From IMG/VR virus record IMGVR_UViG_3300042934_000107: a stretch of DNA of 64,000 bases; one strand, 5' to 3'. Below are positions 17,300-26,817 of the stretch, in pieces (the first letter of the stretch is position 1; each line of letters begins with the position of its first letter). The DNA comes from an uncultured virus (IMG/VR IMGVR_UViG_3300042934_000107) (lineage: Duplodnaviria > Heunggongvirae > Uroviricota > Caudoviricetes). A program made the translations under genes and the position numbers. The notes beneath the pieces were generated by a model. The model ran no database searches, had not been told where the DNA came from, and was given only the letters and a program-made list of their open reading frames with translations.

Positions 17300-19375
17300 T
17301 TACTCTTTAACCTGCCATTGACCATCTTTATAAACAACTTCATTACCGTATGCATCAAGAACTCCATATTGTGTTCTTGTCCAGTTGTCAGGTATGTTGC
17401 CTTTATAAGTTTCTTTTCCCCAACCAATAGCGTTTCTACCTATTACCACTTTTTGTGATTGATCTGTAGCAAGTTCGATAATATCTTCAACAGTTGGCGT
17501 AAGTCCTTTACTTATAAGTTCGGCAGCACGTTGATTCATTTTCTCATATACTCTGCCTTGCTCTGCTCCGCTAAGACCTTTTTCTTTCATTATTCCGTTA
17601 AACGCTAACATGTTTTCAGGAGAGGCCCATTTCATTTCTTTCTTGAAAGAATTAGCGAGTGGAATTAATTTCGAATATGGAATAACACCTGCATATGTAT
17701 CTATCTCGCCTTTTGTTGTAATTTCACCGTTATAAATTTTACCTAACAAACCTTCGTATGCTGCTGCGCTTTGTTCATTTTCTTCTTGTTTAATTATACC
17801 TCTCATTTGTAATCCTTTTGAAATTGCACCTAATAAGTCAGGCCCTTGAAATCCAAATTGTCTTGCAGCATTTTCTACTTCTGCGTATGTTGTAGGTTTA
17901 TTATTCATTATATAGTTATCAAATTCATAAAAAGCATTATCTAAAGATTGTTTGTGTTGTGCATTCGACTCTGCTACAGCTTGATTTATTTGCGCAGTAA
18001 CCAATTGTAAACCTACTAAATCAGGTGCTGATATGCTTTCTGTTGTTGTTCCAGTTGTTGTGACCATTCTGCCAAGAATTGAATCGGCATATTCGTTTAT
18101 GCTTGGTTCGTCTCCTGCACCTTGCTTACGACTTTTTGCCTCTTCTGAATAAGATAAAGCACCTTCACCACCATACCAAGCAATTGCTGCACCTCTCGCA
18201 CCGTGAGCATCATACAATTGTTTCAGCATATGCCTAGCAACTACTTCTTGATTTTCAGGAGTCATTGAGGAACCTTCTGGAAGTCCTGCTTGTTTTGACC
18301 AAGGGGCCCAATTTTCAGGCATTATTTGAAACTTTCCTGCTGCACCTGTTCTGGCGTTAACTGCTTCATAATTACCGCCAGACTCTTGACCTGATATAGC
18401 ATTTACAAACGATTCGAAATCTCCTTCTGTTGGAGCTCCTTGTTTTGTTACTGTCCGTGTTTTACTAAGATATTTAGCTTTAGCAACTTCTAACATCTTG
18501 GAACCGTTCAATGTTCCGTCTGGATTCCTAAATGTGGAATCACTCTTTAAAGATTCTACGTAATTAAATGTTTCGTTCTTTTCTAAGGAAGGGTTTATCT
18601 TTGCCATATTGATAGACTTCTGACTTTCTGGCAACTTATCTCCGTAATAGTCGACAAGTTTCTTTGCATCTTCTGGCCTGTTATTTGCAAGTAATATGTC
18701 TACCGTTTTTCCAATATTTCCATATATGTATTTCTTATGGTTTTCTTCCTGCATTTCTTTAGGAATCCCGTTAATACTTCCCATAGAATCAGATAGTGTT
18801 ATTCCGGCACGAAGACTAGTATTAGCTTGAGCATAGTTGCCCATCAGCACATTAGAAGTAAAACTTTCCGAACTGGCATTTAACTGTGATTCATTGGCTG
18901 CCGTATGTGCAACTTCAATCTGTTTCTTTTCGTGATTTAGCACTGATTGATACATTCCAGGATACATTGACTGATACATCATTTTGTAATTATTTTTTTG
19001 TGTATCGTTAGAAAGAGAATCCAATGTATTTTGATATATGCTATTAGATTGACTTTGAAAGTCTTGTGAAATTGCTGGCCTTGCTGGTGAATCTTTTGTT
19101 TCTGCTGTGCCTAGCGCATTTGTTCCTTGCTTGCTCAATAAATCATTTTGCAATGGTAGTAAGGTCTTTTGAGTGTTAGCCATTGCATTTGCTACTGCTA
19201 TTTGATTTAACTTTGCTTGTTCTTGTTGCGCCACCTTGAATGCTTCATCGCCAATCGCGCTGACAGTTCTTCCTAAACCAGCACCAAAAGTATCTTCGTT
19301 TGCTGTAGGCTGAACTCTAAAGCTTGGCAATGTTTGTTGTTGTACTTGACGATTATATACGGGTACAGTAGGCAT
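17300..19375 (-). CDS. Internal virion protein with lytic transglycosylase domain
   Basis: MPTVPVY start; QESGGNY..N..TGAAGKFQIMP and AWYGG motifs. Confidence 0.85.
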   Translation of the reverse strand: MPTVPVYNRQVQQQTLPSFRVQPTANEDTFGAGLGRTVSAIGDEAFKVAQQEQAKLNQIAVANAMANTQKTLLPLQNDLLSKQGTNALGTAETKDSPARPAISQDFQSQSNSIYQNTLDSLSNDTQKNNYKMMYQSMYPGMYQSVLNHEKKQIEVAHTAANESQLNASSESFTSNVLMGNYAQANTSLRAGITLSDSMGSINGIPKEMQEENHKKYIYGNIGKTVDILLANNRPEDAKKLVDYYGDKLPESQKSINMAKINPSLEKNETFNYVESLKSDSTFRNPDGTLNGSKMLEVAKAKYLSKTRTVTKQGAPTEGDFESFVNAISGQESGGNYEAVNARTGAAGKFQIMPENWAPWSKQAGLPEGSSMTPENQEVVARHMLKQLYDAHGARGAAIAWYGGEGALSYSEEAKSRKQGAGDEPSINEYADSILGRMVTTTGTTTESISAPDLVGLQLVTAQINQAVAESNAQHKQSLDNAFYEFDNYIMNNKPTTYAEVENAARQFGFQGPDLLGAISKGLQMRGIIKQEENEQSAAAYEGLLGKIYNGEITTKGEIDTYAGVIPYSKLIPLANSFKKEMKWASPENMLAFNGIMKEKGLSGAEQGRVYEKMNQRAAELISKGLTPTVEDIIELATDQSQKVVIGRNAIGWGKETYKGNIPDNWTRTQYGVLDAYGNEVVYKDGQWQVKE

Positions 19376-19382
19376 TTAGTTA

Positions 19383-19856
19383 TCAACCCCCATAAGACGA
19401 ATATTTTTGAGCAGCAGAAGACACCCCAGTGAGCAATGAAGACATTGCTTGGTATTTACCTGTTTGTTTTGCATTTTTGGCCTGCGCTCTGTATTGATTA
19501 GCTTGATTATTTAATCCCCACATTTGCATAGCTGTGTTATATCTTGATGTCTGAACATCTTGCTCGCTTTGCATAGCTGTGTCAGATATAACAGACAATG
19601 CAGATCCTGATTGAGTGTCAAGTCCATTGGCTGCAAATGCTGTTTTTTGTGATGCAGTAACTTGTTTTGCTTTTTGCCTGATCTGGACTTGTTCGTTTGT
19701 TCCTTGCTGACCAACTGATACAGCCTGTGCTTCTGCTATAGCTGCATTTTGATTAGCAATTGATGCCTGATAAGCTGCATTATTCTTTGCTGCCTGCATT
19801 TGCGTAAAAGTTCCGAATACATCAGCACCAGTTGATATGCTTGAAGCATTACACAT
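19383..19856 (-). CDS. Small internal virion protein (T7 gp14-like)
   Basis: MC start, Ala/Gln-rich, AANGLD..SGSAL motif. Confidence 0.75.
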   Translation of the reverse strand: MCNASSISTGADVFGTFTQMQAAKNNAAYQASIANQNAAIAEAQAVSVGQQGTNEQVQIRQKAKQVTASQKTAFAANGLDTQSGSALSVISDTAMQSEQDVQTSRYNTAMQMWGLNNQANQYRAQAKNAKQTGKYQAMSSLLTGVSSAAQKYSSYGG

Positions 19857-19857
19857 G

Positions 19858-20304
19858 TTACGCCTCCTTCCGTTTAAAGAAATAGTGAAACAGTTTATTT
19901 TCTATACCGTACTCTTTTGGTTCTTCTATTGTTATTTTCATGAACTTGGCCCACTGTAGCGCAAATATATTTTCACTGTAAATATGACCTTCAATGTAAC
20001 CACACTGATTAAGCAAACTGTTTAATCCTTTATGAGTTTCCTTGAAAAAACTTAACGGCAGAGTTTCAACATCTACCGCAAAAAATAACCAAAGATTATG
20101 TTTATCAACTAATCCAGATATGCAAATTGGCTTATTATCTAATAATACAATCTGTTTATATTCTGACGTTTCATATAAAGCAGCCATACATAATCCTGGT
20201 TCTATTCCAGATGAAACTTTTATTTCTTCGAGGTTTTTTTCATGCAACTCAAATAACGCAAAGTCTTCAAACGTTGCCTCTCTAATGCTAATCACAATAC
20301 ACAC
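19858..20304 (-). CDS. GNAT-like / T7 gp13-like protein
   Basis: Position and EN..ALQW.KFM motif. Confidence 0.6.
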   Translation of the reverse strand: MCIVISIREATFEDFALFELHEKNLEEIKVSSGIEPGLCMAALYETSEYKQIVLLDNKPICISGLVDKHNLWLFFAVDVETLPLSFFKETHKGLNSLLNQCGYIEGHIYSENIFALQWAKFMKITIEEPKEYGIENKLFHYFFKRKEA

Positions 20305-20786
20305 TCTTGATGTTTAAAATTTGTATTTGCAAATTCTCCAAAAAGTTCAATAGCTTTTTTATCGTAAGCAACGGCAGCGGAAATATCATCATCAAATAAT
20401 CCAATCCAAATCCTTTTATAATTAAATCCTATTCTAGATTGCCATTTCCCATCTGATTTCCTATGTGTAACCCCCTTGAATTTAGATGTACTATTGCTTT
20501 TTAATTTGTTTTGGTTGCGACAATTTTCACTATGAGTAGCTTCTCTTAAACTGTTTCTATCTATATGATCTGTTTTTAAATCTGCGTTCATTTTACAATT
20601 TAACGCTACGATTTTATGCATATATTCAGTTTTGCGTTTCCCATTTGATAATCTAATGTTTCTAACTGCATAATAGTTTCCGTTCTTGGGATCTTTATGA
20701 GCATACCATTTGTGTAGCGATAAAATTTCATAATCTTCATCACTGCAAAATGCTACTTTATTTTTAGTCAATTTAATTCCATGCAA
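20292..20786 (-). CDS. HNH-AP2 endonuclease, apparently with active-site deletion
   Basis: DHIDRN, SKFKGV..WQSRI..IWIGLF..AAVAYD AP2 motifs. Confidence 0.8.
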   Translation of the reverse strand: MHGIKLTKNKVAFCSDEDYEILSLHKWYAHKDPKNGNYYAVRNIRLSNGKRKTEYMHKIVALNCKMNADLKTDHIDRNSLREATHSENCRNQNKLKSNSTSKFKGVTHRKSDGKWQSRIGFNYKRIWIGLFDDDISAAVAYDKKAIELFGEFANTNFKHQECVL

Positions 20787-20791
20787 TTACA

Positions 20792-23329
20792 TCATCCCCC
20801 AATTTCTACTTCCGACATAATAGACAATACTGTCATTGGTAAAGGATCTGATTGCCTAATATACACAGTTGCGTTAGTCTCAAAATCGGTATAAGGAGAC
20901 ACTTTTTTATCACCAGTAAACAGCTCAGCAGGCTTTCCATATGTTTCAGATAAATTTTGTTCAATAATTTCGAGATTATCATCGCCGTTTATTCCTACAA
21001 AACCACCATAAGTATTTTCAAAGCGAACAGTTACATTTTTAATAGACTTTGTACGCCCTTGTATAGTACCGTCACTCATTGGGAAATCAATATTAAGTGT
21101 TTCTAAGTTGCATTCATATCCAAGTCCAACATGTACCCTAGAAGCATAATCATCAAGCGTTATACTCCCATCAGTAACTACCTGTTTACTATTAACACTT
21201 CCATCAGCTAGTATAGTGACAGTTTCACCTTCTAAATGTTCAAGTCCAGATGCAATTGTTAAAGTCGCTTTTCTAACATAACCACCTGACTTGTAAGCGA
21301 TGTAACTTGTACCGTCAATATTTGTATCATCATCCATATTAACCAGTTCAAATGTATCTGTTGTCTTATTGGCAACCTTTCCTCTAAATCCATTAAGCTG
21401 AGTCATTCCTTTAATGTCTGAAAAATCAACATAGTCACCATTGCTTAGTCCATGACCAATTGCCGTAATTACAATAGGATTAGCTTTTGTAGCTCCAGTA
21501 ATCGAAATAGGATTGTCGTAAGAAAGACCACAGTCAACAAAAAACTGATCCCTAGGATCAGCGGATATCATTCTTGGCATTAATTTTTCAATAAACCTTT
21601 TCGTTACTCCGTTTATTTCTCTCTTAACAACAAAGTAAACCTCTGTATATCCATTGCCTGGTATAGCAGCAACGCTTTCAAAGTATCCTTCTGTGTTGTG
21701 TCTCGCCCATGCATACACATCTTGCTCTTTGTTATACGTGAAGCTAAGCAATACTCCATCTTCACGAACCGCCCAAACAATGCCGTCCGGCTCCTGTTGA
21801 AATGCCCAGTCTACAATTTTGTGGTTTTTAAATAAGTGACGTGCTAACATTGTCAAGTCGTCACCTTTATAAACATCATCTGTTAATGTATAACCAATAT
21901 CACGCACAGTACTGCCCATTTCTTGGCAATATAGTATTCTGCTTCCTATTACAATAGGATTAAGTATAGAAGACCCTATGTATCCCTGCTGCAATGCTCT
22001 TATTGTTGTCGGTGTTAATGATGCTGTCTCGCTACCTGTACCAATTTTCCAAGTACCGCCAGCAGTAAAAGCAATCATATTGCCGATTGATACCATTGAT
22101 CTAATAGAGTTAACACCCTCGCTGACAAGTGGTGCTGTTATTGCATCTGAGTCCTCAGTAGGAGTATTAACTATAAAATTAGGATAATCACCTGTTTGCG
22201 ATAGCCACAACGTTAAAGGATCTTTAACACTTCCAGCAAATCCTAAACGATTTTGGAAAAACTTAACGCAACTTGGATAACCATTTTTAGTTGACCAAGA
22301 ACCTTCTGCCCAGTCTTTTGTTGCCGTGGCAAAAGCTAACCCTATATTGTTTTCTGATGTATCAGTTAATACCGTGGCAGTAGCTACGGTTCCGCTGGTA
22401 ACTCCGGTTATTTTTACAATCCCATCATTAACAAATGAGTATGCATTTAAATCTACCTTACATGCTGCTCCTTGCTGTTCGAAATAAACACGTAACAAGA
22501 CAAGATCGTCGGTTTCTCCACTGTCATTTATATTGTTATCATCGTCAGAGGCATAAGATCTTATTGTTTGCCATGTTACACCACTGTCTTTTGACCACTG
22601 TAATTTAAGTATACCGTCCCATGATCCATAAGTAACAAGTGACCAAGATCCTTTACACTTTATTGAACTAGATGCTCCTGTTGCTCCAATAACAGCATTG
22701 ACGTATTGGTCTGTTACATCATGGCTTATTTGAAACAACGACCCAATTTGATCTGCTGTAAATATATTTGACGATGCCGTCAGTGTAATGTCTCCTGTAA
22801 CTCCACTAGGAGTAATAGTGGTGTCGGTAACATTTTGGTCTCTAAATGGCCCTCCGGTATAATTAAAATCTTCAAATATCCAATCGTAATGACTAGTTCT
22901 TGTTAATGTTTTTGGCTTATAAGATGAGTTGCATAAATATAAAGTATCTGCTGATTGTGCAGTTTTAAGATTAAACAAATAATCCTCTGTGTATGTTGTA
23001 GTTGTTTCTACAATAGTACTACCATTTATAATCTGACCACCATCTTTATAGTAACGAAAGTAATTTTCTCCAGCCTCAATAATATACGCCTGTTCAACAC
23101 TAAATTGAAAAGGTAAAAGCTTTACCTTTTTTGATGAGTCCTTTACCTCTGCAACAAACATTGTACCCGGTCTATTTTGCGCACCGCCATAAGGAAGGGG
23201 AATAAAGTTTTCCATAGTCTTAGCACTGACAAAGTATTTTGCATAATCGTCACGCCCCCACATATCGAAGCTAACTTCGCCATTAGCAAAAGAGGATTGT
23301 TTTGTATATATTTTGTTTGATGTAGCCAT
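20792..23329 (-). CDS. Tail tubular protein B / nozzle
   Basis: SFANGEVS, GGAQNRPGT, FFQNRLGF, QEPD.IVW, AWARH motifs. Confidence 0.88.
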   Translation of the reverse strand: MATSNKIYTKQSSFANGEVSFDMWGRDDYAKYFVSAKTMENFIPLPYGGAQNRPGTMFVAEVKDSSKKVKLLPFQFSVEQAYIIEAGENYFRYYKDGGQIINGSTIVETTTTYTEDYLFNLKTAQSADTLYLCNSSYKPKTLTRTSHYDWIFEDFNYTGGPFRDQNVTDTTITPSGVTGDITLTASSNIFTADQIGSLFQISHDVTDQYVNAVIGATGASSSIKCKGSWSLVTYGSWDGILKLQWSKDSGVTWQTIRSYASDDDNNINDSGETDDLVLLRVYFEQQGAACKVDLNAYSFVNDGIVKITGVTSGTVATATVLTDTSENNIGLAFATATKDWAEGSWSTKNGYPSCVKFFQNRLGFAGSVKDPLTLWLSQTGDYPNFIVNTPTEDSDAITAPLVSEGVNSIRSMVSIGNMIAFTAGGTWKIGTGSETASLTPTTIRALQQGYIGSSILNPIVIGSRILYCQEMGSTVRDIGYTLTDDVYKGDDLTMLARHLFKNHKIVDWAFQQEPDGIVWAVREDGVLLSFTYNKEQDVYAWARHNTEGYFESVAAIPGNGYTEVYFVVKREINGVTKRFIEKLMPRMISADPRDQFFVDCGLSYDNPISITGATKANPIVITAIGHGLSNGDYVDFSDIKGMTQLNGFRGKVANKTTDTFELVNMDDDTNIDGTSYIAYKSGGYVRKATLTIASGLEHLEGETVTILADGSVNSKQVVTDGSITLDDYASRVHVGLGYECNLETLNIDFPMSDGTIQGRTKSIKNVTVRFENTYGGFVGINGDDNLEIIEQNLSETYGKPAELFTGDKKVSPYTDFETNATVYIRQSDPLPMTVLSIMSEVEIGG

Positions 23330-23330
23330 A

Positions 23331-23921
23331 TTAAGACCTACCTTTTAAATATGTTGTTGGTAATTCAAATTTGCTACTGTTCTCCACCGCTCCCATATGT
23401 TGCGCTTCTGCAATTGCCATTTGATACTTTTGTGCCATTTCTTGTGCCTTTTGCGCATTGCCACTTTTAGCATTAACAACTTCAGCAGCCAATTGATAAC
23501 TAAATGCTTTAATAAATGTTGCATCGTAAAGGTCAGGCACATTAACTTTATAAGTAAATTCAACGTATGCGTTCTTTACATCACTGGCAATAAACTTCTC
23601 TTCACCATTGGTAAATATCTTAAACTCTGCTTTTTCTTTAAGCCGAAAATTATTTACATCTTCAACGCGTAAAACCTTGACGCAACTTGCAGGATATTGA
23701 TATACATAATCATATCCCGGTGTAGTGTCGTCAGTTAACGCTAGTACTCGTATATTATTTGCGAAGTTCCAAGGGAACCCCCTGAGCGTTGTTTCAAGAC
23801 AATTGTCATAGTTTATATCTAAAAGTCTTGCGGTCTCTGTACCATCATCTAGAGAATTAATCTTACCGCCACCAAAACGGCTTAATGCTAAATTACATAT
23901 ATCTGTTTTTGAGGTAGACAT
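23331..23921 (-). CDS. Tail tubular protein A / adaptor
   Basis: DICNLALSR, PWNFA, YQYP motifs. Confidence 0.85.
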   Translation of the reverse strand: MSTSKTDICNLALSRFGGGKINSLDDGTETARLLDINYDNCLETTLRGFPWNFANNIRVLALTDDTTPGYDYVYQYPASCVKVLRVEDVNNFRLKEKAEFKIFTNGEEKFIASDVKNAYVEFTYKVNVPDLYDATFIKAFSYQLAAEVVNAKSGNAQKAQEMAQKYQMAIAEAQHMGAVENSSKFELPTTYLKGRS

Positions 23922-23968
23922 GTTACACCCCCATATAAAATAGGGGCGAATTATATCGCCCCTCATTG

Positions 23969-24247
23969 TTATTTATTCTTGCATAACTCCCAGTACTCTT
24001 TAGCTTCCGCTAACTTTCCGATGAATATCTCTTCATTTGGCAACTTCCATTTACCAGGCCCACCACGTTTTATTTCGTCGCTTTCATCAACATGCGGGTC
24101 TTCTTTTTCATTAACCATTGATTCGCCAATACCTTGAAGAGATTTTCTATTTTCGTAACCTTCTTCATAATCAATTATTTCATCAGGATAATAAAGCTTA
24201 CCGCCAATAAACGATCTTCTTTTTACTAGATATTTTTCATAAACCAA
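23969..24247 (-). CDS. Hypothetical virion-region protein
   Basis: ORF in head operon. Confidence 0.6.
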   Translation of the reverse strand: MVYEKYLVKRRSFIGGKLYYPDEIIDYEEGYENRKSLQGIGESMVNEKEDPHVDESDEIKRGGPGKWKLPNEEIFIGKLAEAKEYWELCKNK

Positions 24248-24261
24248 TTAAAACAACTCCT

Positions 24262-24672
24262 TTACAGTTCAGGCGAATCATTGATATAAGCAACAATTTT
24301 ACCTGTTGTCATCGGGCCAGTACCTACAGTAAAATTAAGCCTTAAAAATTGTTCCATGTTTTGCAAGTGTAAAGGCCATACACGATGATAACCTTTAACA
24401 AATACAGCCTTTCCAGTAGTAGCAGGTAACAACGCCTCAAGAGTTGCAGCACTTCCAAAAGTTGCTGCACTGTCGCTTTCTAAATCAATTCCCATAGTAG
24501 CTGCTCCGGCTGCCGTAAAGGTTGTATCTACTCTAACATGCAAATAAGCTGGTCTGAAAAAGTTTCCAGCAGACCCAAGGTCTAGAACATTGGTAGATGC
24601 AGCGGTTGCGGTTACCGCTTGCATTGCTGTACCATCAGTTTGTTTAGTAAAACTAAGTTGAACATCATACAT
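24262..24672 (-). CDS. Bbp16-like capsid cement protein
   Basis: QAVTATAASTNVLDLG, FLRLNFTV.TGPMTTGKI; follows capsid. Confidence 0.8.
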   Translation of the reverse strand: MYDVQLSFTKQTDGTAMQAVTATAASTNVLDLGSAGNFFRPAYLHVRVDTTFTAAGAATMGIDLESDSAATFGSAATLEALLPATTGKAVFVKGYHRVWPLHLQNMEQFLRLNFTVGTGPMTTGKIVAYINDSPEL

Positions 24673-24691
24673 ATTTTATATCCTCCCTTTA

Positions 24692-25693
24692 TTAAACGAT
24701 TAAATCTTCATCGACATCTAACGCTTCACACAAGCGAATAGGAACACCAAGGAACGAAGGAACAACTCTGTTGTTGTTCAATTCTTGCATAGTAAGGAAC
24801 AAGTTTGCCTTACCTAATGCTTTCTTGACAAATGCAGTCCTTACGCTTCTACCACAATAGAATCTAGCTCGCGGAGAAAGATTTGGAACGCTTTCAATTG
24901 CATCAATCATTAGATTCAACAAGTCAGGTGACGTATCGGAACCGCTACCAATAGTAGCTAAAGAACTTTTATCAATATTACCAATACGCACTACTTTCTT
25001 GTAGTTACGAACGGCAATTCCAGCTCTCCATTCCCATAAGTCACGGTATGCAGGCCAGTAACTACCATCATCCAAAGTAACTAGTTCTTCACCGTAATTC
25101 TTGTGTTGTAATCCAACTTCTGTATTTTTAGGATAGAACCCGCATACGGAATCTTCGCCCCAATCAATCAACCAAAGAGAACGATTGTCCGTGTCTGATC
25201 CTCCGGCTTTAAATACATAGTTACCGTAATCTGTTGCGGTAGTTGATTTGTAAAAAGCCGTTAACCCATCAAAAGACTGTGAATTATTTGCGGTTGCTCC
25301 AAAAAATAATTCATCAGCCAACTTCTTGCCCATGGCCCCAATAAAAGGTTTATTGGAATTAGCTCTAAACCCAGCTTGATCTTCCGCTGCTTCAACAAGT
25401 TCTTTATCAACCTGTCCTAAAGCAGTAAATAAAGCAGCATGTGCTTGAATCTGTTTGAATGTTCCTTTTGTACCTGTAGCACCTTGATTGATACCGCGAA
25501 TAGTAACGGTAGGGTCAGTAGCTAATTGAGTTGTCTGTAGACCGTATTCCTTGTTGCCTTGAACAACAAACATGTCATCCAAGATGTCATTTTGTTCAGC
25601 TAGAATATCAATAATCCTTGCTGCTTTACCATCAGGATCTTGCTGACTAGCATAATCCTTCCATGTGATTCTATCTTCACCTAAAGTTGCCAT
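24692..25693 (-). CDS. Major capsid protein (BPP-1/epsilon15-like)
   Basis: IIDILAEQNDILDDM, FDGL, VVRIGNID, SFLGVPIR motifs. Confidence 0.88.
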   Translation of the reverse strand: MATLGEDRITWKDYASQQDPDGKAARIIDILAEQNDILDDMFVVQGNKEYGLQTTQLATDPTVTIRGINQGATGTKGTFKQIQAHAALFTALGQVDKELVEAAEDQAGFRANSNKPFIGAMGKKLADELFFGATANNSQSFDGLTAFYKSTTATDYGNYVFKAGGSDTDNRSLWLIDWGEDSVCGFYPKNTEVGLQHKNYGEELVTLDDGSYWPAYRDLWEWRAGIAVRNYKKVVRIGNIDKSSLATIGSGSDTSPDLLNLMIDAIESVPNLSPRARFYCGRSVRTAFVKKALGKANLFLTMQELNNNRVVPSFLGVPIRLCEALDVDEDLIV

Positions 25694-25707
25694 AAATTAA
25701 ATTCCTC

Positions 25708-26331
25708 CTATTTCATATTTGGGTACATGATCTGTCCCAATGTTTTTTGTTTTGACTCTGTCGTTTTTGAATCAATGAAACTCGATTCAGATATCTTTGA
25801 ACTAATTTCTTTAAAGATTGCAATCATTTCAGGATGGTTACCAAGTCCTGTTTCTTGCAAGAATGTCTTAAATTCAGGCGTAGAAAAACGGCTTAACGCA
25901 TTGTTAGCCGATTCGATTCCTTCTTTACCGAATTTTTCTGTACTTTCTTTAGTCCACGCTGATACTTGCGCTTCATGTTGCGCTTGCATCTGTGGAGCTA
26001 CTTTGTTTGTATAGAAATCAACTACTGATTGCGCTGCTTCCTGTGTCATGTTGTTTTCTTTCGCCCACGTTTTAAAATCATCAATAGGTGCGCTGAAATT
26101 TTCAGGAACAGTGAAGTCGGCATATTGTTCAGGTGCTCCTGTAACTATCGGATCAACAACAGGATCTGTTGCTGGTGGATCTGTGACTGGATCAACTACT
26201 GGATCTGTTGTTGTCGTCGTAACAGGAGCACCTGGATCACTAGTTGGCGGTTCGTCGTTGAATAGTTGTAAATTAAACACCACGTTTACGGCTTCGGTGT
26301 TATCCTGTACCGTGTTATATTTGTCTGACAT
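25708..26331 (-). CDS. Scaffolding protein with Prp-type NLQLF motif
   Basis: GAPEQYADF, TQEAAQ, GLGNHPEMI; upstream of capsid. Confidence 0.8.
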   Translation of the reverse strand: MSDKYNTVQDNTEAVNVVFNLQLFNDEPPTSDPGAPVTTTTTDPVVDPVTDPPATDPVVDPIVTGAPEQYADFTVPENFSAPIDDFKTWAKENNMTQEAAQSVVDFYTNKVAPQMQAQHEAQVSAWTKESTEKFGKEGIESANNALSRFSTPEFKTFLQETGLGNHPEMIAIFKEISSKISESSFIDSKTTESKQKTLGQIMYPNMK

Positions 26332-26457
26332 CTTTATTCCTCCTTAAAATTAGGCATAAAAAATACGACTATGCCTAGTCGTTATCAGCGTTTATTGCGC
26401 ATGGTTGCCCATGCGATCACCTCCCTTAATCTAGGAAAATGTTATTAATCATTACAA

Positions 26458-26817
26458 TCAATTCTTTTTCACCTCTTTCTTCATAATGTCTTGCATGGCG
26501 TTCCATTGATATAAAATATATTCCCTTTCAGCCTTAAGCCTTAAATCAACTCCAACCATCCTATCAGCTCCATACATTCCTAATGCATCACAAGCAGCTA
26601 TAAGTTCAACAGCTATTGATCTGCGACCAGCATTAAAAAAGTCTTTGCTATTGCCCATTGGTTGAGAGTCTTTGTAACCACATTTTTGAATGAGATAACT
26701 GAATACTCTTCTTCCGTGTTCAGTGTTCATAATAGAGCGTAAATCAAGCAGATACTGTTCATCCATCTTTTCGACAATCTGTTCTTTTGTTGGCTTAATA
26801 TCATCTTGTTTTTTCAT
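26458..26817 (-). CDS. Bbp19-like protein
   Basis: DLRSIMNTEHGRRV, FNAGRRSIA; after portal. Confidence 0.75.
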   Translation of the reverse strand: MKKQDDIKPTKEQIVEKMDEQYLLDLRSIMNTEHGRRVFSYLIQKCGYKDSQPMGNSKDFFNAGRRSIAVELIAACDALGMYGADRMVGVDLRLKAEREYILYQWNAMQDIMKKEVKKN

